64,000 nt of DNA. It comes from Candidatus Poribacteria bacterium (lineage in GTDB: Bacteria; Poribacteria; WGA-4E; WGA-3G). The stretch is from assembly GCA_965215265.1 (NCBI GenBank), contig OZ244048.1, forward strand, positions 416,001-480,000, in the 5' to 3' direction. Made by a program: the position numbers and the translations under genes. The notes under the pieces were generated by a model. It saw only the letters and a program-made list of their open reading frames with translations, ran no database searches and was not told the origin of the DNA. Shown one piece after another: positions 49,904-59,608 of this stretch. Positions within the stretch are counted from its first letter, which is position 1, and each line of letters begins with the position of its first letter.

Positions 49904-50314
49904 ATGTTTAAACCGACAGAAATCGCAAAAGCACACGCACTGTCTAAGTTTGGGATGAATTTGGAGGATATCGCACGGAAACTTTCCATCTCCATTGAGG
50001 AAGCGGAGACATTACTAAACACAACCGTCGACCCGAAGTTGATTGAGGAAGCAAGGAGAAATTTGATGGACAAAGAATTCGACGAAATTATGATCTACAG
50101 AGCCTTCGGCGTAACGCGTCCACCCGAGAAGCGGTTGCCCGGAGTGACATTATTGAGAGTGAGCCCGATACGCATAGGTGGGGAGGACTTTTTGTTGGGC
50201 ACGGACCCGGACCCTCAGGGGAACTTTTTTATCAACTCGGAACCGAGCCCTCAAGAGAAAGAGATACCCAACAAGGTAAAAGAAGCCATCGAAGGCCCTG
50301 ATGAGCCTGAGTAG
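49904..50314 (+). CDS. Hypothetical protein with possible N-terminal HTH
   Basis: AGGAG RBS; 'FGMNLEDIARKLSISIEEAETLL'. Confidence 0.55.
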   Translation: MFKPTEIAKAHALSKFGMNLEDIARKLSISIEEAETLLNTTVDPKLIEEARRNLMDKEFDEIMIYRAFGVTRPPEKRLPGVTLLRVSPIRIGGEDFLLGTDPDPQGNFFINSEPSPQEKEIPNKVKEAIEGPDEPE

Positions 50315-50535
50315 GAACAACATTACCACCCACAATGCCGCTGCAGCTAACAAACCCGGTTATCACACACCCGGAAAGCACACGCCAGCGGCATAACCAA
50401 CTCATAATGGAGCACACTGATGAACCCGGTTAGCGCGTGACGCGCACGCTTGAAAGAATGTCAGAAAAAAAGACATTGCTAAGATGCACAACGCGCACCG
50501 GGCATCAACCGCAAGCCAGCAGCACCTAAGCACTT

Positions 50536-52328
50536 ATGGAAAACAACTTGAACACCCATTCCGTTGAAAACTATGAATTTGAGCCCATCCAAGGCTACCC
50601 AAGACTCAGCTGGAAAGGAAAACGCCCGTTCCGCGCTACCCAATACTATCCCGCCCAACTCAAGGAGACACACGGCGAGAAAGTCAACGACTGGCGAAAT
50701 AAAATCTATTGGGGCGATAACCTGCAAGTCATGAGCCACCTGCTCAAGACATACCGCGGTAAGATGACCCTCATCTACATAGATCCGCCGTTTGACTCGA
50801 AAGCCGACTATAAGAAAAAAATAGAGCTGAAGGGAAAAAAGATAGAGAACGACCGCACCGCTTTTGAGGAGAAACAGTACACGGACATCTGGACGAATGA
50901 TGAATACCTCCAATTCATGTATGAACGGTTGATTCTACTGCGCGAATTGCTATCGGATAATGGGTCCATCTACCTTCACTGCGATCCAGCAAGGAGCCAT
51001 TATCTAAAGTTGATTATGGATGAGGTGTTTGGTAAAAATAAATTTCGGAATGAGATTATATGGTTTTATCATGATTCTCCAGGGCGCTCAACTAGCTATT
51101 TTCCGCAAAAACATGATGTTATCTTTTGGTATAGTAAAAGCCCAACAAAGTGGATTTTTAATTCTCATGAGGTACGTGTTCCTATTTTAGAAGCATCTAA
51201 AGAAAGGTATAAAAGTACACGAGTCATTGGTGGAAAAAGTTATGTTGGAGGCGAATCTGCTAGTGAGGGTAAAATTCCTGAAGATGTTTGGAGCATTCCA
51301 GTAATTAAAAAAAATTCCAAAGAAGGAAAAGAAGGGTTAGAGTATCCGACGCGAAAACCCGAGGCACTTCTTGAACGCATCATAAAAGCCTCATCCAATC
51401 CCGGTGATCTCGTCTTCGACTGCTTCATGGGCAGCGGCACCACACAAGCGGTTGCGATGAAACTCGGCCGCCGGTTCATCGGCGTTGACATCAACCTCGG
51501 CGCCGTCGAGACCACCTCAAAACGCCTTATAAATCTCGCAGCAAACATTGAGCAGAACACACGCCAACAGAAAATTGACTTTGAAGCGGAAAAAATCGAA
51601 AATACCCCCCCCCTTCTTCATATGTGTTAAGTTCCTATACAGGATTTGAGGTGTATAACGTCAACCACTACGACGTATTCCGCAACCCTATTGAGGCGAA
51701 AGCGCTCCTCATCGAGGCACTGGAAATACAGCCGCTCCCTTCCAGTGCAATATACGACGGCGAAAAAGACGGACACCTCGTCAAAATCATGCCTATCAAT
51801 CGCATTGCTACTCGCGCTGACATCAACGAACTCATCGCAGGATTAGATTACAAAACTTTCGAGAAACGCCAAGAACAACACCCCACCCGTGCCGTCGAAA
51901 AGTTGTTGCTCGTCTGTATGGGACATGAACCTGACCTCGCCGCCGCGTTGCAAAGTGAAGTGCCTTACAAACTTGACATAGAAGTGATGGATATCCTGCG
52001 TGACAAATCCGGGTTAGCGTTCAAACGCGAATCCGAAGCGAATATTGTTCGTAGCAACGGCCAAGTCAGCATAGAGCAGTTCTACCCAATGAACCTGCTC
52101 GAGAAGTTAAGTCTGCTGAAAGAGCACGTTGAAGACTGGCGCGAATTAGTCGAATCGGTGAAAGTTGACTTTAACTACGACGGTGCGGTGCTGAATCCGT
52201 CGGTGGTAGATGTGCCGGAAAAAGAGGGGTGGGTCAAAGGAACTTACCGCATCCCTAAAGATGCAGGCATAATCCGCGTAAAAATTACCGATCTGTTATC
52301 AGAATCTCTCGAAGCAACAGTGGAATAA
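50536..52328 (+). CDS. mod: Type III-like R-M methyltransferase (Mod), frameshifted at a C9 tract (51605-51613)
   Basis: IYWGDNL, YIDPPF, DCFMGSGTT in 50536-51630; continues in the -1 frame (YTGFEVYNVNHYD...RVKITDLL) to 52328. One extra C gives ~597 aa. Confidence 0.85.
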
Positions 52329-52347
52329 CGCCTCTATAGGAGAAAAA

Positions 52348-55029
52348 ATGCCAAGAAAAAACCAGAAAATAGCACTTGATTTCGCATTCTTCACCTACCT
52401 CCGTCCCTTTTATACCGAGAATCGTGGGCGAATTCGGACGCACTACCGTGCCCTCTCCAAAAAAATCCTCGACTTTAACGATCCAGAGTCCGGCGCTTTT
52501 TTCCGTGAACCGCAATTTGAGGCGTTAGAGATGTACATCTTCCTCAAGGAATATCTGAATAATCGGCACGTTCACGATATATTTTCCGATTGGCACGCAA
52601 AACAGAAAGGCTTTGAGACACGTTCGAATCTCGGCTTGGAGCAGCTTGAGTTGTTTGGCGAGCTGAATGCGGAGCAATATCAAGCTATATTCGATTATAT
52701 CCGAAAATTCAAGCGCAGCTACCCGAACTATATATTTGCGCTCCCGATGGGAACAGGAAAGACCATCTTGATGGCGACCTGTATCTTCTACGAATTCTTA
52801 CTCGCCAACAAATTCCCAGAAGACCCAAACTACTGTCATAACGCCTTGGTATTCGCCCCCGATAAAACCGTCCTACAATCCCTAAAAGAAATTGAGACAT
52901 TTGACATGGGGCTTGTTGTGCCACCCGAATACGTCAACTTCCTATCAAGTCACCTCCAATTCCACTTCCTTGAAGAAGCAGGCACCGCCTTATCCACAAT
53001 AGATCGCTCGCGTTTCAACGTCATCATCTCTAACACCCAGAAGATCATCCTCAAACAACAGCACAAAGAGAAAAGTGCCAACGAGCGCCTCTTCACAAGC
53101 GAGGGGACCACGTATCAATCCGGCAACGCCTCTGAAGAAGAAGAACCCACTGACCTCTATCACTTCGATGCCCCCGAAGATGAGAACGAACTGACTACCA
53201 ACCAACGCTTCCAGAAGTTGACACGCCTCGAACAACTCGGCATCTTCGTCGATGAGGCACATCACGCATTCGGCAGCCAACTCGAAAGAGATATGGGACT
53301 TAAAAAATCAAAAACCAGTCTCCGACTCACCATCGATAAACTCGCAGCAAATTTAGAACATGCAGGCACACGTGTCTGTGCCTGTTACAACTTCACAGGC
53401 ACACCTTACGTCGGACAGCAGGTACTCCCAGAGGTGGTCTACGGCTACGGACTAAAGAACGCAATCGATAAAGGCTTCCTAAAGAAGGTCCGACTCCATA
53501 GCTACACAAACCCGAAAAGCACCGAATTTGTCCAATTAGTAATTAAAAACTTTTGGGAAAACCACAGCGAACAACGGCACGAGGGCATGCTGCCGAAACT
53601 CGCACTCTTTGCCGCAACCATCGACGAGCTCCAGAACGAGCTCCGTCCCGCCGTCGAAGAAGCACTGACCGAACTTGGCGTACCCACTTCTCGCCTCCTC
53701 GTAAATGTCGGAGACAACAAACTAACCACCAACGATGAGCTGCGACGCTTCATCAATCTTGATACCCCCGCCTCCGAAGACCAGTTTATCCTCCTAGTCA
53801 ATAAAGGCAAGGAGGGATGGAACTGCCGCTCCCTCTTTGGCGTAGCCCTTTACCGGAAACCTACATCCAAAATCTTTGTACTACAAGCCAGCATGCGATG
53901 CCTCCGCCAGATCGGCGAAGCACAACAGACCGCGCATATCTACCTCTCAAAAGAAAATACCCAGATCCTCGATGAGGAATTGCAAAAGAACTTCAGCGTC
54001 AGTCTTGATGAGATTCGCCATGCCGGCGCACAAAAAGCTAATTATCAGGTACGCGTCAAAGAACCCATAAAAAAAGTAACCCTCAAACGCATCCGAAAAA
54101 TGCATCAACTCGTGGAAAAGCAACCCCAAAACAGACTGGACTTAGCACTCGATCAGGCGGACACAGAGAAATATCGCATCACACACGAAGAATACGAAGG
54201 ACTCCAAGCTGCCCAGCCCGTGCAAACCGAAGACCTAACCGAATTCAAGCAGCAACGCAATTTTAGCACGTTGACGCTCTGTGCCGAGATTGCACGCTAC
54301 CTGAATCAGCCCGCACTCGAAATAGAGCACATCCTCACAAACACAAAGCAAGGGATGGAACAGATTCTTCAAAACGTCAATCAGTTTAACGAATTGCTCT
54401 ACGACTGGATAATTCCACGCCTCTTCGAGGCACTATATGAACTACAGGCATTCGAACACCATGAACCCAAAGTGATCGAACTGGTCAAACAGCCAGAGGA
54501 TGGATACTACAAAGTTAGAGCAACCCCGGACCTAGTCGTCCAAGAGGAAGCACTGACACGCACAACTTACGACCACAACACGCATGCTAACGACAACGCT
54601 GTCCCAGATTGGATCGTCAGAGCGGGTACATCGACACAGAAAAATTACGCACACAAAAGCTTCCATCTCGATACCTATGCCTTTGACTCTACCCCTGAAC
54701 ACACGCTATTCTGGTCCCTATTAGCCGAAAAGCGCGTGAAATACGTCTATTTTACAGGGATGTTGACACACGGCCAATCCGATTTCTACATCCAGTACAT
54801 AGATCCAGACTCCCACGTCGTCAGGCGATACTACCCTGATTTCCTCATTCAGAAACACGACGGCTCCTGGCTCATCGTAGAAGTGAAAGGAGACAATAAG
54901 ATTGATGACCGGATAGTCCAAGCAAAGGCAGCAGCCACACGGCAAATAGCAAATGTAAGTGATATGTCATACAAGATTATCCTCGGCAGCGACGCAGAGG
55001 AGAAACGATATCACGCCCTGCTAAAGTAA
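52348..55029 (+). CDS. res: Type III-like restriction subunit (SF2 helicase + PD-(D/E)xK nuclease)
   Basis: PMGTGKT, DEAHH, KGKEGW, C-terminal YYPDF...VEVKG. Confidence 0.9.
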   Translation: MPRKNQKIALDFAFFTYLRPFYTENRGRIRTHYRALSKKILDFNDPESGAFFREPQFEALEMYIFLKEYLNNRHVHDIFSDWHAKQKGFETRSNLGLEQLELFGELNAEQYQAIFDYIRKFKRSYPNYIFALPMGTGKTILMATCIFYEFLLANKFPEDPNYCHNALVFAPDKTVLQSLKEIETFDMGLVVPPEYVNFLSSHLQFHFLEEAGTALSTIDRSRFNVIISNTQKIILKQQHKEKSANERLFTSEGTTYQSGNASEEEEPTDLYHFDAPEDENELTTNQRFQKLTRLEQLGIFVDEAHHAFGSQLERDMGLKKSKTSLRLTIDKLAANLEHAGTRVCACYNFTGTPYVGQQVLPEVVYGYGLKNAIDKGFLKKVRLHSYTNPKSTEFVQLVIKNFWENHSEQRHEGMLPKLALFAATIDELQNELRPAVEEALTELGVPTSRLLVNVGDNKLTTNDELRRFINLDTPASEDQFILLVNKGKEGWNCRSLFGVALYRKPTSKIFVLQASMRCLRQIGEAQQTAHIYLSKENTQILDEELQKNFSVSLDEIRHAGAQKANYQVRVKEPIKKVTLKRIRKMHQLVEKQPQNRLDLALDQADTEKYRITHEEYEGLQAAQPVQTEDLTEFKQQRNFSTLTLCAEIARYLNQPALEIEHILTNTKQGMEQILQNVNQFNELLYDWIIPRLFEALYELQAFEHHEPKVIELVKQPEDGYYKVRATPDLVVQEEALTRTTYDHNTHANDNAVPDWIVRAGTSTQKNYAHKSFHLDTYAFDSTPEHTLFWSLLAEKRVKYVYFTGMLTHGQSDFYIQYIDPDSHVVRRYYPDFLIQKHDGSWLIVEVKGDNKIDDRIVQAKAAATRQIANVSDMSYKIILGSDAEEKRYHALLK

Positions 55030-55074
55030 TCTGATTCACAACTTAGAGACAACACCGAACCAAGGAGACTTCTG

Positions 55075-55686
55075 ATGAACAAGAAATTAGAAAAGGTAAT
55101 GTATATGGGCATAGGCGCGCTGATCGCCCTTATCAGCTTCAGCCTCGGTAACCTGCACCGAGACAACGCAAATGCACAAGGAGGCACCCCCATCGTGGAT
55201 CTTATCCGATGTAAGCGCCTGGAAGTCGTTGATGCCGCAGGCAACAATCGGATTATTTTACGAACCAATCAAGACGACGGGCGCGTGGACGTTTACAATG
55301 GGCACGTGAGCATTTACGATAAAGCTGGGAAGCTAGGTGCAACACTTTATATCAATGAAGACGGCGGGCGCATGTACATTTACGATAAAGCTGGGAAAAG
55401 CGGTGCATCACTTTCTACCGATGAAAACGGCGGGCGCATGTCCGTTTTCGGTAAAGCCGGGATGAGCGCCGCATCACTTGGTACCGATGAAGACGGCGGG
55501 CGTGTGGGCGTTCGCAGTAAAGATGGGAAAACCGGTGCAACACTTGGTATCACTAAATACGGTGGCGGTGTCGCCATCTTTAACAGAGGCGAGCAGAATG
55601 TCGGGCAATTCTCTGTCACCGATAGAGGCGGTGGTCTTCTTCTAACAAAAGACAAGCATGGGTATAGAACCGGAAACGTGCCATAA
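55075..55686 (+). CDS. Secreted/membrane protein with 22-aa beta-repeats
   Basis: N-terminal TM or signal; repeats GR(M/V)xxxxKxGKxGAxLxxxE(D/N)G. Confidence 0.75.
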   Translation: MNKKLEKVMYMGIGALIALISFSLGNLHRDNANAQGGTPIVDLIRCKRLEVVDAAGNNRIILRTNQDDGRVDVYNGHVSIYDKAGKLGATLYINEDGGRMYIYDKAGKSGASLSTDENGGRMSVFGKAGMSAASLGTDEDGGRVGVRSKDGKTGATLGITKYGGGVAIFNRGEQNVGQFSVTDRGGGLLLTKDKHGYRTGNVP

Positions 55687-55783
55687 GCCCTCTGGAGTCC
55701 GGGCAATATTGCAGCTCAGGCAGCGCTCATGGCTGACGGCATAACACCCAAAATCTCTACAAATCTCTATAAACCTAAAAGGC

Positions 55784-55813
55784 TTGACACTTAATCTCAA
55801 TTTGTGTTAAACT
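55784..55813 (+). promoter_or_regulatory. Sigma70 promoter for moxR
   Basis: TTGACA - 18 nt - TAAACT with extended TG. Confidence 0.5.
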
Positions 55814-55922
55814 GTCGCCATAGCGCTTTTAAAACGTAGAACTCCAGTATAGAACCTGCAAACCCACGGTTGTTTGAGACGGTAGGATGCACGCCTCTAG
55901 CAACCGAAAAAGGAAGTGATAA

Positions 55923-56930
55923 ATGCCAGCAACAGCAGAAGTCCAAGCAATCGAAGAATTGATGGAGAGCCAACAATTAATTGTGGCGCAGCTTAAAAAG
56001 GTTATTATCGGGCAAGAAGAAGTCATCGACGAAATGTTGATGGCACTCTTCTCCGGCGGACACTGCCTCTTAGAAGGTGTCCCGGGGCTCGCCAAAACGC
56101 TCATGATTAAGACCTTGGCGCAAATTCTCAACCTCCAATTCAAGCGTATTCAGTTCACACCAGATCTGATGCCGGCAGATATTACAGGAACTGATATACT
56201 AGAAGAGGACCGAACAACTGGGCACAGAACTATCCGGTTCATTCACGGCCCGATCTTCGCCAACATCCTACTCGCCGATGAGATTAATCGAACACCACCT
56301 AAGACGCAAGCGGCGCTCTTGGAAGCGATGCAGGAATATCACGTGACGGCTGGCGGAAACGAATTTCAACTCGAACAGCCCTTCTTTGTCCTCGCAACAC
56401 AGAACCCGATCGAGCAGGAAGGCACCTACCCACTCCCTGAAGCACAGCTCGACAGGTTCATGTTCAAAATCGTTATAGACTACCCAACAGAAGATGAAGA
56501 GACCGCCATCGTCTCTACCACAACCGGTGCTGAAGAACCAGAACTTGAAACAGCACTCTCCGGTGAGGCTATCTTAGCACTCCATAAAATTGTTCGGCGC
56601 GTACCCGCAGCCGATAACGTCGTACAATACGCAGTCAGACTCGCACGCGCAACACGTCCAAACACACAAAATCCACCTGAATTCATACAACAGTGGGTAC
56701 GTTGGGGCGCAGGACCGCGCGCAGGACAATATCTCATACTAGGTGCCAAAGCAAGAGCCATCTTAAAGGGACGATACAACGCCTCCTGCACTGATGTCAA
56801 ATCCGTCGCACACGCCGTCTTACGCCACCGAATCTTAACAAACTTTCACGCCGAAGCTGAAGGAATCGACGCCGACGCAGTCATACAACGCCTCCTTGAC
56901 ACAGTTGAAGAACCAGCCACAAAACTATAA
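55923..56930 (+). CDS. moxR: MoxR family AAA+ ATPase
   Basis: [50 protein letters not shown]. Confidence 0.95.
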   Translation: MPATAEVQAIEELMESQQLIVAQLKKVIIGQEEVIDEMLMALFSGGHCLLEGVPGLAKTLMIKTLAQILNLQFKRIQFTPDLMPADITGTDILEEDRTTGHRTIRFIHGPIFANILLADEINRTPPKTQAALLEAMQEYHVTAGGNEFQLEQPFFVLATQNPIEQEGTYPLPEAQLDRFMFKIVIDYPTEDEETAIVSTTTGAEEPELETALSGEAILALHKIVRRVPAADNVVQYAVRLARATRPNTQNPPEFIQQWVRWGAGPRAGQYLILGAKARAILKGRYNASCTDVKSVAHAVLRHRILTNFHAEAEGIDADAVIQRLLDTVEEPATKL

Positions 56931-56983
56931 CGGCGCGGAACTTACACAGCTCACAAACGCTGAATCTATTTCGAGGCAGAAAC

Positions 56984-57664
56984 ATGAAAATTTCTGTCAT
57001 TATCCCTGCTTTTAACGAAGAAGCAGCAATTGCCAAAGTCATCGCGGAGATCCCCAAACCACTTGTCCACGAAATTATCGTCGTTGACAACGGTTCAACT
57101 GACAAAACTGCACAGATAGCAGAACAGAGCGGTGCCTGCGTTGTACATGAGCCTCGCAGAGGGTATGGATCCGCCTGCCTCGCCGGAATTGCAGCACTGA
57201 ACCAACCCGATATCGTCGTCTTTATGGATGCTGACTATAGCGACTATCCCGCAGAGATACCGCTGCTGATTCAACCCATCTTGGACAGTAATGTAGAATT
57301 GGTTATCGGCGCACGTGTACCTTGTGAAAAAGGGGCGCTCTTACCCCAAGCACGCTTCGGCAATTGGCTCGCTACCTTCTTAATACGCCGGTTTTTTGGC
57401 ACACACTACACAGACCTCGGGCCCTTTCGAGCCATCCGTTACTCACAACTCATCGCGCTGCAGATGCAGGATAAAACCTTCGGATGGACAGTAGAAATGC
57501 AACTCAAAGCAGCAAAAATGGCACTGCGCGTCTGTGAAGTCCCCGTCCGATACCGCAAACGGATCGGCAATTCCAAAATTAGTGGAACCCTCCTCGGAAC
57601 CTTGAAAGCCGGCTATAAGATTCTTACAACCCTTTTTTATCATCGTTTTTTCCAGAAGAATTGA
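56984..57664 (+). CDS. Glycosyltransferase family 2
   Basis: VIIPAFNEE, VVDNGSTD, FMDAD. Confidence 0.92.
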   Translation: MKISVIIPAFNEEAAIAKVIAEIPKPLVHEIIVVDNGSTDKTAQIAEQSGACVVHEPRRGYGSACLAGIAALNQPDIVVFMDADYSDYPAEIPLLIQPILDSNVELVIGARVPCEKGALLPQARFGNWLATFLIRRFFGTHYTDLGPFRAIRYSQLIALQMQDKTFGWTVEMQLKAAKMALRVCEVPVRYRKRIGNSKISGTLLGTLKAGYKILTTLFYHRFFQKN

Positions 57665-57755
57665 ACCGTTTCTACACCTTACATACCTTCCCACACGTAA
57701 GTGCCGCACACCCACGCTTACCTCAACTTTATCACAAGAAAATCAAACTTTTAAG

Positions 57756-57784
57756 TTGACATCTACTCAAAAATATGATAAAAT
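57756..57784 (+). promoter_or_regulatory. Sigma70 promoter for the Uma2 gene
   Basis: TTGACA - 17 nt - TAAAAT with extended TG. Confidence 0.6.
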
Positions 57785-57828
57785 AAGAACAATATCAACG
57801 AAAATGGATAACTTCAGGAGATAATGCG

Positions 57829-58623
57829 ATGCAGTCAAAGATTCAATCCGCACCCACAATGCTCTATCCCGAATCGGACGGTAAACCTATGGCAGAAACT
57901 GACACACACCGTAACTTACTTATGGATTGCATTCAAACGCTCCAACACCACTTCCGTGACGCTAACGACGTTTATGTCTCTGGAAACCTCTTAGTCTATT
58001 ACAAAGACGGGGAGAAGATCCGGTCAGTCGCCCCAGATGTGTTTGTGGTGCCCGGTGTAGCGAACAAAAAGCGTCGAGTTTACGTAGTGCATGAAGAGCA
58101 TAACACCCCCGATTTTGTGTTAGAGATTGCGAGCCGTGGAACCTACTCACACGATCTGGGACGTAAGAAAGAGATTTACGCATCTTTTCTTTCAGTGAAA
58201 GAATATTATATCTACGTGCCGTATGGCGTGGTGCCTGCGCCTTTCATCGGGTTCCGGCTTGTTGATGGCACTTACGAAGAAATAGATTTTGTCAATGACC
58301 GGCTCAAGTCAGATGTGCTAGGACTGGAGTTAGGCGTGCATGAAGAGACACTCCATTTCTATAACCCGCAGACGAAGCAGTGGTTGCAACCAGCTCAGGC
58401 ACGTGCTGAAAGTGAAAAGAAACGTGCCGAAACCCAAAAGGCACGGGCTGAAAGTGAAAAGGCACGGGCTGAAAGTGAAAAGGCACGGGCTGAAAGTGAA
58501 AAGGCACGGGCTGAAAGTGAAAAGAAACGCGCCGAAACCCAAAAGGCACGGGCTGAAAGTGCCGAAGCCAAACTCGCCGAAGCCTTAGCGGAGATTCAGC
58601 GCCTGCAGGCAAAAAATCAATAA
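57829..58623 (+). CDS. Uma2 family endonuclease with coiled-coil repeat tail
   Basis: YPESDGKPMAET, VAPDVFVV, PDFVLEIAS, VKEYYIY. Confidence 0.92.
   Translation: MQSKIQSAPTMLYPESDGKPMAETDTHRNLLMDCIQTLQHHFRDANDVYVSGNLLVYYKDGEKIRSVAPDVFVVPGVANKKRRVYVVHEEHNTPDFVLEIASRGTYSHDLGRKKEIYASFLSVKEYYIYVPYGVVPAPFIGFRLVDGTYEEIDFVNDRLKSDVLGLELGVHEETLHFYNPQTKQWLQPAQARAESEKKRAETQKARAESEKARAESEKARAESEKARAESEKKRAETQKARAESAEAKLAEALAEIQRLQAKNQ
58397..58564. repeat. 21-bp tandem repeat x8 (heptad ARAESEK/KRAETQK)
   Basis: AGGCACGGGCTGAAAGTGAAA units with two AGAAACG(T/C)GCCGAAACCCAAA variants. Confidence 0.92.
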
Positions 58624-58651
58624 CCAATACCAACGCAAGGAAATACGACAC

Positions 58652-59608
58652 ATGGCAAATCTAGCTAAAAACACGGCAGAAAGATTCTGGCACATCAAAC
58701 ACTTTGATATCTTCAAAAATCTTGAGCAAGCAGATGCCGACGCATTAGCACGCATCACAACCTTCAAATCTTTCAAAACCGGAGAGCAGCTCAACACACC
58801 GCTTGTTTATCTACTCAAGGAAGGACGCATTAGAATCTACCAAACATCGCCTACAAATCACGAGGAACCTATAAAAGAGGATTCAGGCAACAATACGGAC
58901 ACCCAAAATACCATCCTCGCCGTGCTGGAACCCGGTGAGATTTTCGGACTTGAGGCATCTGAAGATGCACACCTAAACGCCACTGTAGAAACACTCACAG
59001 ATGTTGTAGTCGGCACCGTCACCATTTCCAATTTCCAATTTTTTCTTAAACGAAAACCACATCTGGCGATGCCTGTACAAAGAACGCTCAGGATGCAGTT
59101 TCAGCGGGTTTTGAATTTCCTAATACAGGCCCTAAAACCAGCGTATCCGCTAATGAACCTCTCTGCCCAACAGACTTCACTGCTGCATAACAAACCGAAC
59201 CGCTTGTCAAAAAAAACACGAAATCTTATGTCTAATATCGCCTTCCGGCACCCGGAAGCACGACTCGCTCTCTTATTACAGAAACTCGCCGCAGCCCCCA
59301 CGACTGATGGAACAGTCTGGGCACGCAAGCTCTCGTCAAAAGCATTATCACGTTTAATTGGATGTACGGAAGATGAAACCCAGACACTCTTAACCGAATT
59401 CAAACAACATAACCTCATTAAAAACCACTTCCGTCGAATTCAGATACTGGATACATGGCGACTAAAAAAAATAGCAGATGCACGTTCTAATATCAGAAAA
59501 TACCAGATGAAGCCTAACCCACATATACCCAACAACCTCGCTGAAACAGAACATTTTACAGCAGGCACATCACCCAATACAACAACGGCAGTACAAGCAC
59601 CATTATGA
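58652..59608 (+). CDS. Crp/Fnr-family regulator (cNMP-binding + HTH)
   Basis: VYLLKEGRIRI, LEPGEIFG, 'RLALLL..LA', LSRLIGCT. Confidence 0.8.
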   Translation: MANLAKNTAERFWHIKHFDIFKNLEQADADALARITTFKSFKTGEQLNTPLVYLLKEGRIRIYQTSPTNHEEPIKEDSGNNTDTQNTILAVLEPGEIFGLEASEDAHLNATVETLTDVVVGTVTISNFQFFLKRKPHLAMPVQRTLRMQFQRVLNFLIQALKPAYPLMNLSAQQTSLLHNKPNRLSKKTRNLMSNIAFRHPEARLALLLQKLAAAPTTDGTVWARKLSSKALSRLIGCTEDETQTLLTEFKQHNLIKNHFRRIQILDTWRLKKIADARSNIRKYQMKPNPHIPNNLAETEHFTAGTSPNTTTAVQAPL

